From positions 1-41,433 of the forward strand of contig JAHXGN010000002.1 of NCBI GenBank assembly GCA_019923625.1: a stretch of 41,433 nucleotides of DNA, written 5' to 3'. The notes under the pieces are model-generated. The model saw only the letters and a list, made by a program, of their open reading frames with translations, searched no databases and had not been told where the DNA came from. This document shows positions 21,632-30,848 of the stretch, one piece after another (the stretch's first letter is position 1; every line of letters begins with the position of its first letter). This DNA is from Candidatus Nealsonbacteria bacterium (lineage in GTDB: Bacteria; Patescibacteriota; Minisyncoccia; Minisyncoccales; RBG-13-42-11). Position numbers and translations under genes: made by a program.

Positions 21632-23566
21632 ATGGCTAAGAGGAAACATTATCGGAAAATTTATTCAATATTTGGCAAAAAAAGAGGCGGGGGGGCTTTT
21701 TGGAAGCTTGGACTTTTTTTTGTTTTATTTTTGTTTTTTGGTTTTTCTTTTTTATTTGTTTATTATGCTAAAGATTTGCCCCGGCCCGAAAAATTCGCCG
21801 AGAGAAGAATTATTCAATCAAGTAGAATTTATGACCGGACCGGCAATATTCTTTTATATGAAATTTATGGTCCAGAAAGCAGGGACTATGTCTCTTTAGA
21901 ACTAATGCCGGATTATTTAAAAAAAGCGGTTCTTATAGCCGAAGACCGAAATTTTTACGACCATTTTGGAATTGATTTTCAAGCAATCTCCCGCTCAATT
22001 TTACTTAACATAAGAGCCGGACAACTGGTTTTTGGCGGCTCAACCATCCCCCAGCAACTCATTCGTAATACTTTTTTAACCAGAGAAAGAACATTGGGGA
22101 GAAAAATTAGGGAAATTGTTTTGGCTTTAGAAATAGACAGACGTTATTCTAAAGAGCAAATTTTAGAATGGTACTTAAACCAAATTCCTATGGGTGGCAA
22201 TGCTTATGGAGTGGAAGCAGCCAGTCAAAAATATTTTGGCAAATCTGTTTCAGAAATCTCTTTGGAAGAAGCGGCTACTTTAGCTGCTTTAATCCAAGCT
22301 CCCAGCTATCTCTCGCCTCACGGGCCGAACAAAGAAAGGTTGTTGGCCAGAAAAAATAATATCTTAGATGGAATGGTCCAAGAAAATAAGATAACCAAAG
22401 AAGAAAGGGAAAAAGCTAAAAACAAAGAAATTACATTTAGAAGAATCGGCCAACCAATTAGGTCTCCGCATTTTGTAATGAAAATAAAAAATTATTTGTT
22501 TCAAAAATATGATGAGGAAACCTTAAAAAAGGGTGGATTAAAAATCTACACCACTTTAGATTGGCAGCTTCAACAGTTAGCTGAAACCGCGGTTCAAAAG
22601 GGAGTGGAAAGGAATAAAATGTTTTTAGCTCATAATGCTGCCTTAGTATCAATTAATCCAAAAAATGGTCAAGTTTTAGCATTGGTTGGTTCGGCTGATT
22701 GGTTTGGCAGTCCTTATCCTCTTAATTGTCAGCCAGGGAAAAATTGTTTATTTGAACCCTATCCTAATGTAGCAATCCGAGAACGGCAACCGGGCTCTGC
22801 TTTTAAGCCATTTGTTTATGCTGCTGCTTTTAAAAAGGGTTATACAGACACAGACGTTGTAATTGATGAAGAAACCAATTTTGGCACCCTGGCCAACCCC
22901 TATATTCCCCGAAATTTTGACGGGCTTTTCCGGGGCGAGGTAACTTTAAGACAAGCCCTGGCTCAATCTTTAAATATTCCCTCAATAAAAGTTTTGAGGG
23001 ATTTTGCCGGACTGAAAGAAAGTATTGAACTGTCTAAAGAAATGGGTATTACAACTTTAACAAAACCGCCTTTGTTTTATGGGCTTCCTCTGGTTTTAGG
23101 AGGGGGAGAGACAAAATTATTGGAAATGGTTTCAACATATGGGGTTTTTGCCACCGAAGGATTGAAGGTCAAGCCGGTTTTTATTTTAAAAATTGAAGAC
23201 CAAAAGGGAAACATTATTGAAGAATCAAAGAGAGCGCCAAAAAGAGTTTTAGAAAGAGAAGTTTGTCGGTTAATTAACGATATTTTATCCGATGATGAAG
23301 CCAGATCTCCGGTTTTCGGACGGCGCTCTTTGATGTATTTTGAAAATTACCAAGTAGCGGTTAAAACAGGGACAACTGATAATTTTCGCGATGGTTGGAT
23401 TATCGGCTATACTCCCTGGAATGTAACCGGGGTCTGGGTGGGAAATAACGATAATAGTCCAATGAGAAGAGAGCCGGGTACTGTTTTAGCCGGCCCTATT
23501 TGGAGAACATTTATGACGGAAATTTTAAAAAAATATCCAGTTGAAAGCTTTAATAAACCCCGTTAG
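21632..23566 (+). CDS. Class A penicillin-binding protein (glycosyltransferase plus transpeptidase)
   Basis: N-terminal TM helix. GT51 motifs EDRNFYDHFGID and GGSTIPQQL. Transpeptidase motifs SAFKPF (SxxK) and KTGTT. Confidence 0.9.
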   Translation: MAKRKHYRKIYSIFGKKRGGGAFWKLGLFFVLFLFFGFSFLFVYYAKDLPRPEKFAERRIIQSSRIYDRTGNILLYEIYGPESRDYVSLELMPDYLKKAVLIAEDRNFYDHFGIDFQAISRSILLNIRAGQLVFGGSTIPQQLIRNTFLTRERTLGRKIREIVLALEIDRRYSKEQILEWYLNQIPMGGNAYGVEAASQKYFGKSVSEISLEEAATLAALIQAPSYLSPHGPNKERLLARKNNILDGMVQENKITKEEREKAKNKEITFRRIGQPIRSPHFVMKIKNYLFQKYDEETLKKGGLKIYTTLDWQLQQLAETAVQKGVERNKMFLAHNAALVSINPKNGQVLALVGSADWFGSPYPLNCQPGKNCLFEPYPNVAIRERQPGSAFKPFVYAAAFKKGYTDTDVVIDEETNFGTLANPYIPRNFDGLFRGEVTLRQALAQSLNIPSIKVLRDFAGLKESIELSKEMGITTLTKPPLFYGLPLVLGGGETKLLEMVSTYGVFATEGLKVKPVFILKIEDQKGNIIEESKRAPKRVLEREVCRLINDILSDDEARSPVFGRRSLMYFENYQVAVKTGTTDNFRDGWIIGYTPWNVTGVWVGNNDNSPMRREPGTVLAGPIWRTFMTEILKKYPVESFNKPR

Positions 23567-23694
23567 AAATCTGACTGAAAAATAATTTTATTCATAAAAA
23601 TTATTTTTCTCTGACATAAAATACGATATTCTAATCAATAATCGTATTGAGAAATGGCAGTTTTGTAAAATTAACCAAATTTCTAACGGGGTTT
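23555..23694. repeat. MITE-like element of about 140 bp, CCCCGTTAGAA family
   Basis: Perfect 16-nt terminal inverted repeats AAACCCCGTTAGAAAT (23555-23570) and ATTTCTAACGGGGTTT (23679-23694). Two internal hairpins: GAAAAATAATTTT/AAAATTATTTTTC and AATACGAT/ATCGTATT. The left arm contains the PBP stop codon. Confidence 0.6.
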
Positions 23695-23699
23695 ATAGT

Positions 23700-24845
23700 T
23701 TATCTCGATTTTATCGGCATTATAACGTAAAAATAACTTTGATCCTGGTCCGATTTTAAAATAGCCGGTCCCTCTTGGCCGTTAATTTCAAAAATAATTT
23801 GGTTTCCTTCAATATTTAAAAGACCATTTATCAAAAAACGGTGGTTAAAAGAAACCGACAATGTTTCTCCTTTTATTTTGGCCTTTAAAGAACCGTGATA
23901 TTCTCCTAAATCGGCCGATTGGCTGAAAACCTGAACTTCCTCTTTTGAGGAGTTGATTTTAAATTTAATTTCGCTTATTTTCCCGCTAAAAAGGGAAGCG
24001 ATTTTTACTTGATTGAGAAACTCTTTTTTATCCAAAATAATTTGGTTGGTAAATTTTTGGGGGATAATTTCCTGATAATTAGGGTATTCTCCGTCTATCA
24101 AGCGAGAAAAAAGCTGAATTTGAGGAAAAGGGGTTTCTTCCATTAAAATCTCAAACGTTACTTGGTTGGGTGAAAAATAAATTTTTAAATCTCTTTTCTT
24201 CTCGCCAAAAATATTTATTATTTCCCGAGCCGTTTTTTGAGGAAGAATAAATAAATATTCTTTATCCAAAGGAATGTTTTTTTCTTTTAAAAAATCGGAG
24301 TAAAAAAGTTTTTTTTCTCCTAACCGAAAACTATCGGTGGCGGCTAAAACTAAGTGGTCTTTTTTAAATTGAAAAAAAATTCCTGAAATTTCCGGCCGGG
24401 AGGAAGAAACAGCCGGAATATCAATAATTTGATTTAGACCTCGGCAAAAAAGAAAACTGTCAAAAACCATTGTTTCTTCGGTGATTAGATTAGGAAAAAG
24501 AGGAAACTCCTCTGAAGACATTCCTTTAATTTGGCTTTTATTTTTTTCTGTTTCAATAAAAAAATTTAAGTCTTTAGTTTTTAATGTTATTTTTTTATTC
24601 GGCAGAAAGCCAATAAAACTTGATAAAACCCGGGAAGGAATGACAATTTTTCCTTGTTTTTCAATTTTTGACAAACCCCACCACCTAATTCCCATTTCTA
24701 AATCAGTGGCTGACAAATTTAAAAAATTACCCTCTGTTTTAAATAAAACATAATTTAAAATTGGTAAGGTGGTTGATTTAGTAATAATTTTTTCAACAAC
24801 AAACAACCCTTGTTTTAGTTTTTCTTGTAATATTTCTAATATCAT
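23700..24845 (-). CDS. dnaN: DNA polymerase III beta sliding clamp
   Basis: 381 aa with three-domain clamp pattern (ILxxVLFK..., ATDSFRL, FNxRFLxxxL), immediately downstream of dnaA. Confidence 0.9.
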   Translation of the reverse strand: MILEILQEKLKQGLFVVEKIITKSTTLPILNYVLFKTEGNFLNLSATDLEMGIRWWGLSKIEKQGKIVIPSRVLSSFIGFLPNKKITLKTKDLNFFIETEKNKSQIKGMSSEEFPLFPNLITEETMVFDSFLFCRGLNQIIDIPAVSSSRPEISGIFFQFKKDHLVLAATDSFRLGEKKLFYSDFLKEKNIPLDKEYLFILPQKTAREIINIFGEKKRDLKIYFSPNQVTFEILMEETPFPQIQLFSRLIDGEYPNYQEIIPQKFTNQIILDKKEFLNQVKIASLFSGKISEIKFKINSSKEEVQVFSQSADLGEYHGSLKAKIKGETLSVSFNHRFLINGLLNIEGNQIIFEINGQEGPAILKSDQDQSYFYVIMPIKSR

Positions 24846-25020
24846 ATTTTTATTTATTATTATTATTAATTATTTGTTTTTTTTGTGTTTTTTAGTTGTT
24901 TTAATTGGGGAAAAGGGGTTGAATGTTTGGTTATTTTCAATATATTTTCCTGTTTATAATTTCTTAATTTGTTTTTTTGACATTTTTTTCACTTTTTTGC
25001 CGGTATTAATTAACAAGATA
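24846..25020. other. AT-rich dnaA-dnaN spacer, candidate DNA-unwinding part of oriC
   Basis: 175 bp, very AT-rich with long T-runs, in the position of oriC in many bacteria. I could not find canonical TTATCCACA boxes. Confidence 0.35.
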
Positions 25021-26373
25021 TTAAGGGCTATAAATCCTTTGTTTTATTAAATTAATTTCTTCTTCCAGTTTTTCATTTTTCTCAATCTCCCGGGAAATTT
25101 TTTCAAAAGAATAAATTACCGTGGTATGGTCTTTGCCGCTAAATTTTTTCCCAATAAAAGGATAAGAATAATTGTTCTCTGTTCTTAGCAAATACATAGC
25201 AATTTGACGGGGAAAAACAATTTCTTTTCTTCGGGTGGAAACCAATAAATCTTTTTCTTTTAAATCATAAAATTCAGCCACCGTCTGAATTATTTTTTTT
25301 GGAGAGGCAGTTTTGGAAGAAGAAAGGGTTATATTTTTTAAAATAACCTTTGTTAATTCCAAATCAAGGGGCGTTTTATTCAATTTTTGATGAATTATTA
25401 ACCGATTTAAACATCCCTCTAGTTCCCGAATATTTTTTTGAATTTGGCTGGCAATATAATGATAAATCTCTTCTGAAAATTCCACCTTTTTTTCTTGAGC
25501 TTTTGTTTTTAAGATAACCACCCTTGTTTCCAAATCAGGGATTCCAATATCAACTATCATTCCGCCCTCAAAACGAGACCTTAATCTTTCTGTTAAAGCA
25601 GGGATGTTTTTTGGCGAACGGTCGGAAGAAATAACAATTTGATTATTTTTTTGATAAAGGGCATTAAAAATATGGAAAAATTCTTCCTGGGTTTTTTCTT
25701 TACCGGCTAAAAACTGAACATCATCAACAATTAAAACATCAATTGCTTTGAATTTTGATTTAAAATTTTCAGCTTCCCTGTTTTTAATTGCATTAATTAT
25801 TCCTGAAATGAATTTTTCCGAAGGAATGTATTTTATTTTTTTATCGGGGAAATTTTTAATAATTTCATTGCCGATTGCTTGAAGAATGTGAGTTTTTCCC
25901 AACCCAACCCCTCCGTAGACAAATAAGGGGTTGTAGACCGAACCAGGGTTTTGACAAAGAGCGGTCGCGGCCGCATAAGGCAATTCATTAAAAGGCCCGA
26001 CAATGAAATTTTCAAAAGTATAGCGAGGATTAAGATTGGTCTCTTTATTTAAACCAGTTTCGAGCAATTCAAGCTGATTAATTTGTTCCAAAATCTCCGA
26101 AGTTTTTTTAGTAATTTTTAACCCCCCCTTGGTGATCGTATATTTTATATCTTTGATTTTAGGGTCTATCTCCCGCAAAGTTTTAAAAATAATTTTATTG
26201 TATTTATTTTCCAACCACTCTTTTGTAAAAGAATTGGGAACGGAAACAATAACACCCCCCTCATTAAAAGAAAGAATGTTTGTGTTTTTAAACCAAGTGG
26301 CAAAATTGGCCGAAGAAATATTAAGTTGGATTTGGGCAATAACCGCCTGCCAGAGTTCTTCGTTAGACATCAT
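25021..26373 (-). CDS. dnaA: Chromosomal replication initiator DnaA
   Basis: Walker A GGVGLGKTHIL, Walker B VLIVDDVQF, sensor regions, and C-terminal DNA-binding domain PRQIAMYLLR...GKDHTTVIYS. Confidence 0.95.
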   Translation of the reverse strand: MMSNEELWQAVIAQIQLNISSANFATWFKNTNILSFNEGGVIVSVPNSFTKEWLENKYNKIIFKTLREIDPKIKDIKYTITKGGLKITKKTSEILEQINQLELLETGLNKETNLNPRYTFENFIVGPFNELPYAAATALCQNPGSVYNPLFVYGGVGLGKTHILQAIGNEIIKNFPDKKIKYIPSEKFISGIINAIKNREAENFKSKFKAIDVLIVDDVQFLAGKEKTQEEFFHIFNALYQKNNQIVISSDRSPKNIPALTERLRSRFEGGMIVDIGIPDLETRVVILKTKAQEKKVEFSEEIYHYIASQIQKNIRELEGCLNRLIIHQKLNKTPLDLELTKVILKNITLSSSKTASPKKIIQTVAEFYDLKEKDLLVSTRRKEIVFPRQIAMYLLRTENNYSYPFIGKKFSGKDHTTVIYSFEKISREIEKNEKLEEEINLIKQRIYSP

Positions 26374-26510
26374 ATTTTTAATCCAATTGAAGAAGGTTTA
26401 TCTGCTTCAATTTTGGATAGTTTCAAATAAATCATTATACAATAAAAAAAAGAGAAAATAAAATTTATCTTAATTTTTGGATTTTGTTAATAATCAGTGG
26501 AAAAAGTGTG

Positions 26511-26646
26511 AAACCCGGTTAGAGGTCTTTGGCAAAAAATTTTTTGATAAAAAATTTTTTGCAACCCATCAAACAAACTATTATATCAATATTATGTTTT
26601 TACCTCTAAAATATCTATTCAGTGAGGGTAGACTTCTAACGGGGTG
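26511..26646. repeat. MITE-like element of about 135 bp, CCCCGTTAGAA family, degenerate copy in the dnaA-rpmH spacer
   Basis: Arms ACCCGGTTAGAGGTC (about 26512-26527) and GACTTCTAACGGGGT (26631-26645), with 2 mismatches. Inner palindrome GCAAAAAATTTTT...AAAAATTTTTTGC. Confidence 0.5.
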
Positions 26647-26649
26647 AAA

Positions 26650-26678
26650 TTGACCAGTTTTTTAATTTTTGGTATGCT
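26650..26678 (+). promoter_or_regulatory. Putative extended -10 promoter of rpmH operon
   Basis: TTGACC (26650-26655), 17-nt spacer ending in TGg, then TATGCT (26673-26678). The ATG is at 26686. Confidence 0.4.
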
Positions 26679-26685
26679 GGGAGAT

Positions 26686-26820
26686 ATGAGCATTACTTAT
26701 CAACCCAAAAAGAAAAAAAGAAAAAGAACTCATGGATTTAGAAAAAGACAAAAAACCAAAAATGGAAAAAGGGTTTTAGTTAAAAGAAGAAGAAAGGGAA
26801 GATGGAATCTGGCTGCCTGA
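26686..26820 (+). CDS. rpmH: 50S ribosomal protein L34
   Basis: Not in the ORF track (44 aa). My translation is [44 protein letters not shown], the classic L34 sequence, upstream of rnpA. Confidence 0.9.
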   Translation: MSITYQPKKKKRKRTHGFRKRQKTKNGKRVLVKRRRKGRWNLAA

Positions 26821-26832
26821 CAATTTGAATAG

Positions 26833-27183
26833 TTGACTAATATGCTATCAAAGGAAAATCGGATAAAAAAGAAAAAGGACTTTGAACGGATTTTTAAAGA
26901 AGGACAGGGCTTTAAAGAAGATTTTTTATTTCTGAAAATTGCCCAAAACAATTTAAACATCAGCCGTTTTGGTTTTATTGTTAGTAAAAATTTTTCCAAA
27001 AAAGCCGTTTTTCGCAACAAAATGAAAAGAAAGTTAAGAGAATTAGTCAGAATAAAATTGGATAAAATAAAAAAGGGAATAGACGGAATATTAATCGCCC
27101 AACCGGGCTTGGCAAAAAAAGATTTTCAAGAAACGCAAGAAATAACGAACAAAATTTTTAGAAAAGCCAAAATAATCATATGA
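26833..27183 (+). CDS. rnpA: Ribonuclease P protein component
   Basis: LSKENRIKKKKDFERIFKEG...RNKMKRKLRE, in the conserved rpmH-rnpA-yidC context. Confidence 0.85.
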   Translation: MTNMLSKENRIKKKKDFERIFKEGQGFKEDFLFLKIAQNNLNISRFGFIVSKNFSKKAVFRNKMKRKLRELVRIKLDKIKKGIDGILIAQPGLAKKDFQETQEITNKIFRKAKIII

Positions 27184-27938
27184 TGGATTTTTTTTATATT
27201 GTTTTATATCAACCTCTTTTCAATTTTTTAATTTTACTTTATACCTATCTTCCCGGCCGTGACTTTGGAATAGCTATTTTAGTTTTAACATTTTTTTTCC
27301 GACTTTTATTTTACCCCTTGGGAGTTAAGGCAATTCAGTCCCAAAAACTTCTTCAAGAACTCCAGCCCAAAATAAAAGAAATTCAGCAAAAATATAAAAA
27401 CGATATAAAAAAACAGGCAAAAGAGACAATAGAATTATATAAAAAAGCAAAAATAAATCCTTTTTCCGGGGTTTTGCCCGTTTTAATTCAATTACCGGTT
27501 TTGATTGCTCTTTTTCAAATTTTTTTAGCCGGCTTTCAGGCAGAATCAATGGTTCATCTTTATGATTTCGTCCCCAATCCCGGTCAGGTAAACCCCCTTT
27601 TTTTAGGAATAATTGACCTTTCCAAGTCAGCGACCGCTCAACTGAATGGACAAAACCTCTTTCTTTTACCCAATATAATTTTAATCATCTTGGCTGGAAT
27701 TGCTCAATTTTTTCAGACTAAAGCATTAAATCCAAAAACCCTGGGAATCAAAAAAAATAAGGGGCATCAGGTTTCAACTTCAGAAAAAATTCAAAGCCAA
27801 ATGAGTTATTTTTTGCCGATTTTTACTGTTTTTATTCTTTGGGGACTACCAGCCGCCCTTGCCATTTATTGGTTGGCTACCACCATATTTTCCATTATTC
27901 AGCAGTATTTTGTTTTACGTCCGGCTAAGTTTAATTAA
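27180..27938 (+). CDS. yidC: Membrane protein insertase YidC (short form)
   Basis: Overlaps rnpA by 4 nt. Five hydrophobic helices, a coiled region QKLLQELQPKIKEIQQKYKND, and a C-terminal LPAALAIYW motif. Confidence 0.85.
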   Translation: MMDFFYIVLYQPLFNFLILLYTYLPGRDFGIAILVLTFFFRLLFYPLGVKAIQSQKLLQELQPKIKEIQQKYKNDIKKQAKETIELYKKAKINPFSGVLPVLIQLPVLIALFQIFLAGFQAESMVHLYDFVPNPGQVNPLFLGIIDLSKSATAQLNGQNLFLLPNIILIILAGIAQFFQTKALNPKTLGIKKNKGHQVSTSEKIQSQMSYFLPIFTVFILWGLPAALAIYWLATTIFSIIQQYFVLRPAKFN

Positions 27939-27940
27939 AA

Positions 27941-28414
27941 ATGACAACAAAAGATATTGAAGAAATTAAAAAAACAATAAAAGAATTTTTTGAAAAAATT
28001 GCCTTTGAAACAGAAGTCGTATTTTTATCTTTCACGGATTCAAATTTTATTGTTAATTTGAAAACCGAAGAACCCCAACTTTTAATCGGGGAAGGGGGTC
28101 AAACCCTGTCCGAAATTCAACACTTATTAAAAGCAATTTTAAAAAGAAAAATAGAAGCGTTTTTTTATCTTGATTTGGATATTAATGACTACAAAAAGAA
28201 AAAAATTCAATACCTGAAAGAATTGGCTAACTCAATTGCCGAAGAAGTTGCTTTGACCCAAAAAGAAAAAATTCTCTCGCCAATGTCAGCTTACCAGAGA
28301 AGAATCATTCATTTGGAGTTATCCGAAAGAAAAGATATTGCCACCGAAAGTATTGGCAAAGAGCCTGAAAGAAGAATAATTGTCCGGCCCTTATTGCCCC
28401 AGCCGGAAATTTAA
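27941..28414 (+). CDS. jag: Jag-type KH/R3H RNA-binding protein
   Basis: KH-like LIGEGGQTLSEIQHLL and R3H YQRRIIHLEL, in the yidC-jag context. Confidence 0.8.
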   Translation: MTTKDIEEIKKTIKEFFEKIAFETEVVFLSFTDSNFIVNLKTEEPQLLIGEGGQTLSEIQHLLKAILKRKIEAFFYLDLDINDYKKKKIQYLKELANSIAEEVALTQKEKILSPMSAYQRRIIHLELSERKDIATESIGKEPERRIIVRPLLPQPEI

Positions 28415-30195
28415 ATGTTTAAGCCCTTGGCTTTTTTTATTTTTAGCAGTTGTTCGGGCGAACTAGTTACAATCTGGTCTTCGGTATAAGAGGCCACCAC
28501 TTTAATAGCCGCATGTTTTTGGCCGGCAAAAAATATTCCTTCCCCGACAGCCGCTTCCAGTAATAAATATTTTTCTTGCTCGGTTAAATTAAATGTTTTT
28601 TGAACAACATCAATCGTGGCTGGCGATTGTTTTAATAAAAGCTGCAAAGAAGAATTGCTAATAATCGCTTGACCGTAATTAGACCTCATAAAATCATTAA
28701 CATCCTGGGTAATGGTCGTTACCCCCAGCCAGTATTTTCTTCCTCTTTTGCACATTCCGAATAAAAAAGAAGCTCCATCTTCTGATTGCATTATCCACCA
28801 GGCCTCATCAATAACCAAAATCCTTTTTTTTAATTTTGACCTGACCAAATTCCAGATATATCTCATAATAATAAACATTGCCATTGGCCTTAATTCATCT
28901 TCCATATCCCTGATTCCAAAAACGACCAAGGACTTGTCAACCGAGATATTTGTTGGTTGGTTGAAGAATTGGGAAAAAGTGCCCTTGGTGAATTTTCTTA
29001 ATCTTTCAACCAAACTTTCCGTTCCCTCCATTCCCTCCAAAACCGATTCCAAATCAGAAAAAAGAGGCAAATTTTCTTTCCAAACAAGAGGGTCGGTTTC
29101 CGGAGTAATGTCTTTGGCAGCATAGGTCTCGGTTAAAGCCCTGTCTAAAATAGCGTCTTCTTCCGGACTTAATCCCTTGAGCATCACTCTTAACAAGCCA
29201 ACCAAGTTAATCACATTTGACCTTAAAACATCCTCTGCTTTTTCATCTTCTCTGGGAATGGGTAAATCAAAAGGATTGATGTGATTGGCTGAAGCCAAAG
29301 AAATATTTATAAAAGAACCGTTAACAGCTTCGGCCAAGAACCGATATTCATTTTCCGGATCAATGATAATAATATCTGTTCCGAGCATTAAAGAACGGAG
29401 AATTTCCAATTTAACAAAATAGGATTTACCCGAACCTGATTTGGCAAAAATGACAAAATTGGCATTTTCCAAACTAAAACGTTCAAATAAAATCAAAGAA
29501 TTATTATGACGGTTAATTCCATATAAAATTCCCTCGCTTGAACTCAAATCAAAAGAAACAAATGGAAATAAGCTTGATAAGGGGTCAGTGTTCATTGGAG
29601 TGTGAACCTGAAGCAAATCCAAACCATAAGGAGCGCAGGAGTTAAATCCTTGTTTTTGCTGGTAAAGAGCCGGTTTAATATAGACCAAGCGGGCTTCTAA
29701 AATTGACCTTAATGTTGTTTCAATTTTTCTCAGTTCTTGTTCGCTGTCTCCATAAACAGTCAGATAAAGGCCAAACTTAAACATTCTTTCTTGAGCGGTT
29801 TGCAGTCTTTCTCTTAATGTCTCAATGTCTTTATAGGCGATTTCTAAAGAGGGTTCGCTAATAAGACCCTTTTCTTCTCTTTCATTAATTTCGGCTTGAA
29901 CTTCGGTCACTTTTTTTCTTAATTGTCTTAAAGTCGCTCCGGTATCAACTGGATGAAAGAAAAAAGAGATATCCATCGGAATGTCCGAATTAATAATCGG
30001 GGAAAACCAGCCGGAACTCAAATACCGAGGATAAGAAAAAATAAAAAAGGCCTTGGCAAACCTTTCGCCTAATTTAATATGAGTGGAGTCAATAATGATT
30101 GAAGAGGGGGCAATAATATCGGTCTCCCGGATTTCTTCTATTTTAAAAATTTCATCTTCGGCTTTTTCCTTTTTTTTAAAAAATGGCAATTTCAT
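28411..30195 (-). CDS. virB4: VirB4/TrbE/PrgJ-type type IV secretion ATPase
   Basis: 594 aa. N-terminal VirB4-type domain (FFIFSYPRYLSSGWFSPII), Walker A FAKSGSGKSYF, Walker B ILVIDEAWW, C-terminal TTITQD motif. Confidence 0.85.
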   Translation of the reverse strand: MKLPFFKKKEKAEDEIFKIEEIRETDIIAPSSIIIDSTHIKLGERFAKAFFIFSYPRYLSSGWFSPIINSDIPMDISFFFHPVDTGATLRQLRKKVTEVQAEINEREEKGLISEPSLEIAYKDIETLRERLQTAQERMFKFGLYLTVYGDSEQELRKIETTLRSILEARLVYIKPALYQQKQGFNSCAPYGLDLLQVHTPMNTDPLSSLFPFVSFDLSSSEGILYGINRHNNSLILFERFSLENANFVIFAKSGSGKSYFVKLEILRSLMLGTDIIIIDPENEYRFLAEAVNGSFINISLASANHINPFDLPIPREDEKAEDVLRSNVINLVGLLRVMLKGLSPEEDAILDRALTETYAAKDITPETDPLVWKENLPLFSDLESVLEGMEGTESLVERLRKFTKGTFSQFFNQPTNISVDKSLVVFGIRDMEDELRPMAMFIIMRYIWNLVRSKLKKRILVIDEAWWIMQSEDGASFLFGMCKRGRKYWLGVTTITQDVNDFMRSNYGQAIISNSSLQLLLKQSPATIDVVQKTFNLTEQEKYLLLEAAVGEGIFFAGQKHAAIKVVASYTEDQIVTSSPEQLLKIKKAKGLNI

Positions 30196-30205
30196 TGTTC
30201 TTGTA

Positions 30206-30844
30206 TTAGACGGTTAACTCCGGTAGGATTTCCGGATAATAACCAAACTCAGCTTCTCTGGGGTGATGTAATGCCCAGAAAAATTCAATTAATTCTTCAG
30301 TGGTCAAAGGAACGGCTTGCAAGCCGCATCTTCTTAAACCCATAGCCACAAATTCCATTCTCTGCCAAAGTTGATTTTTACACCGCGAAAACTCTTCTTT
30401 GGTTAAAGCCGGTAGGGCAGGAGCTTTTAATAATTTAGATAGCGGCATCCCCTGGGCTTCCAAAATAGTGAAAGGGATGACGATAAAAAAGGTCTTAAAC
30501 ATTATTGTTCCGGACTGAATCAAGTTTTCAATAAATTTGTGATATTCCTTTATTTGGATTTTTAATAATTCGTCCTCCTGTTTTAATTCCAAGTTTTTTA
30601 ATTTGTCAAGATAGCCGGTGATATTTAATCGCCTCGAGTTAACGACAATCTGGCAGGAAAAATCAAGGGAATTCAAAAAATTCTGAAATTGATAAATTAT
30701 GGCATTTTGTTCCTTCTCTGCTTTCAAGGCAAAATTCAAAGAAGAGGTCATTAAAACCCCCCTTAACGCTCTGTTTTTTAAAATAATAATCCCTTCTCTA
30801 ATCTGGCCGATTTCCAAAAATTGTTGAGTTGTCAAGGAAGCCAC
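30206..30844 (-). CDS. Hypothetical protein, weakly reminiscent of a VirB4 N-terminal domain
   Basis: 212 aa with a GTG start 4 nt after the upstream stop. IREGIIILKNRALRGVLMTSSLNFALKAEKEQ resembles the start of CagE/TrbE/VirB-type N-domains. No NTPase motifs. Confidence 0.4.
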   Translation of the reverse strand: MASLTTQQFLEIGQIREGIIILKNRALRGVLMTSSLNFALKAEKEQNAIIYQFQNFLNSLDFSCQIVVNSRRLNITGYLDKLKNLELKQEDELLKIQIKEYHKFIENLIQSGTIMFKTFFIVIPFTILEAQGMPLSKLLKAPALPALTKEEFSRCKNQLWQRMEFVAMGLRRCGLQAVPLTTEELIEFFWALHHPREAEFGYYPEILPELTV

Positions 30845-30848
30845 ATTT

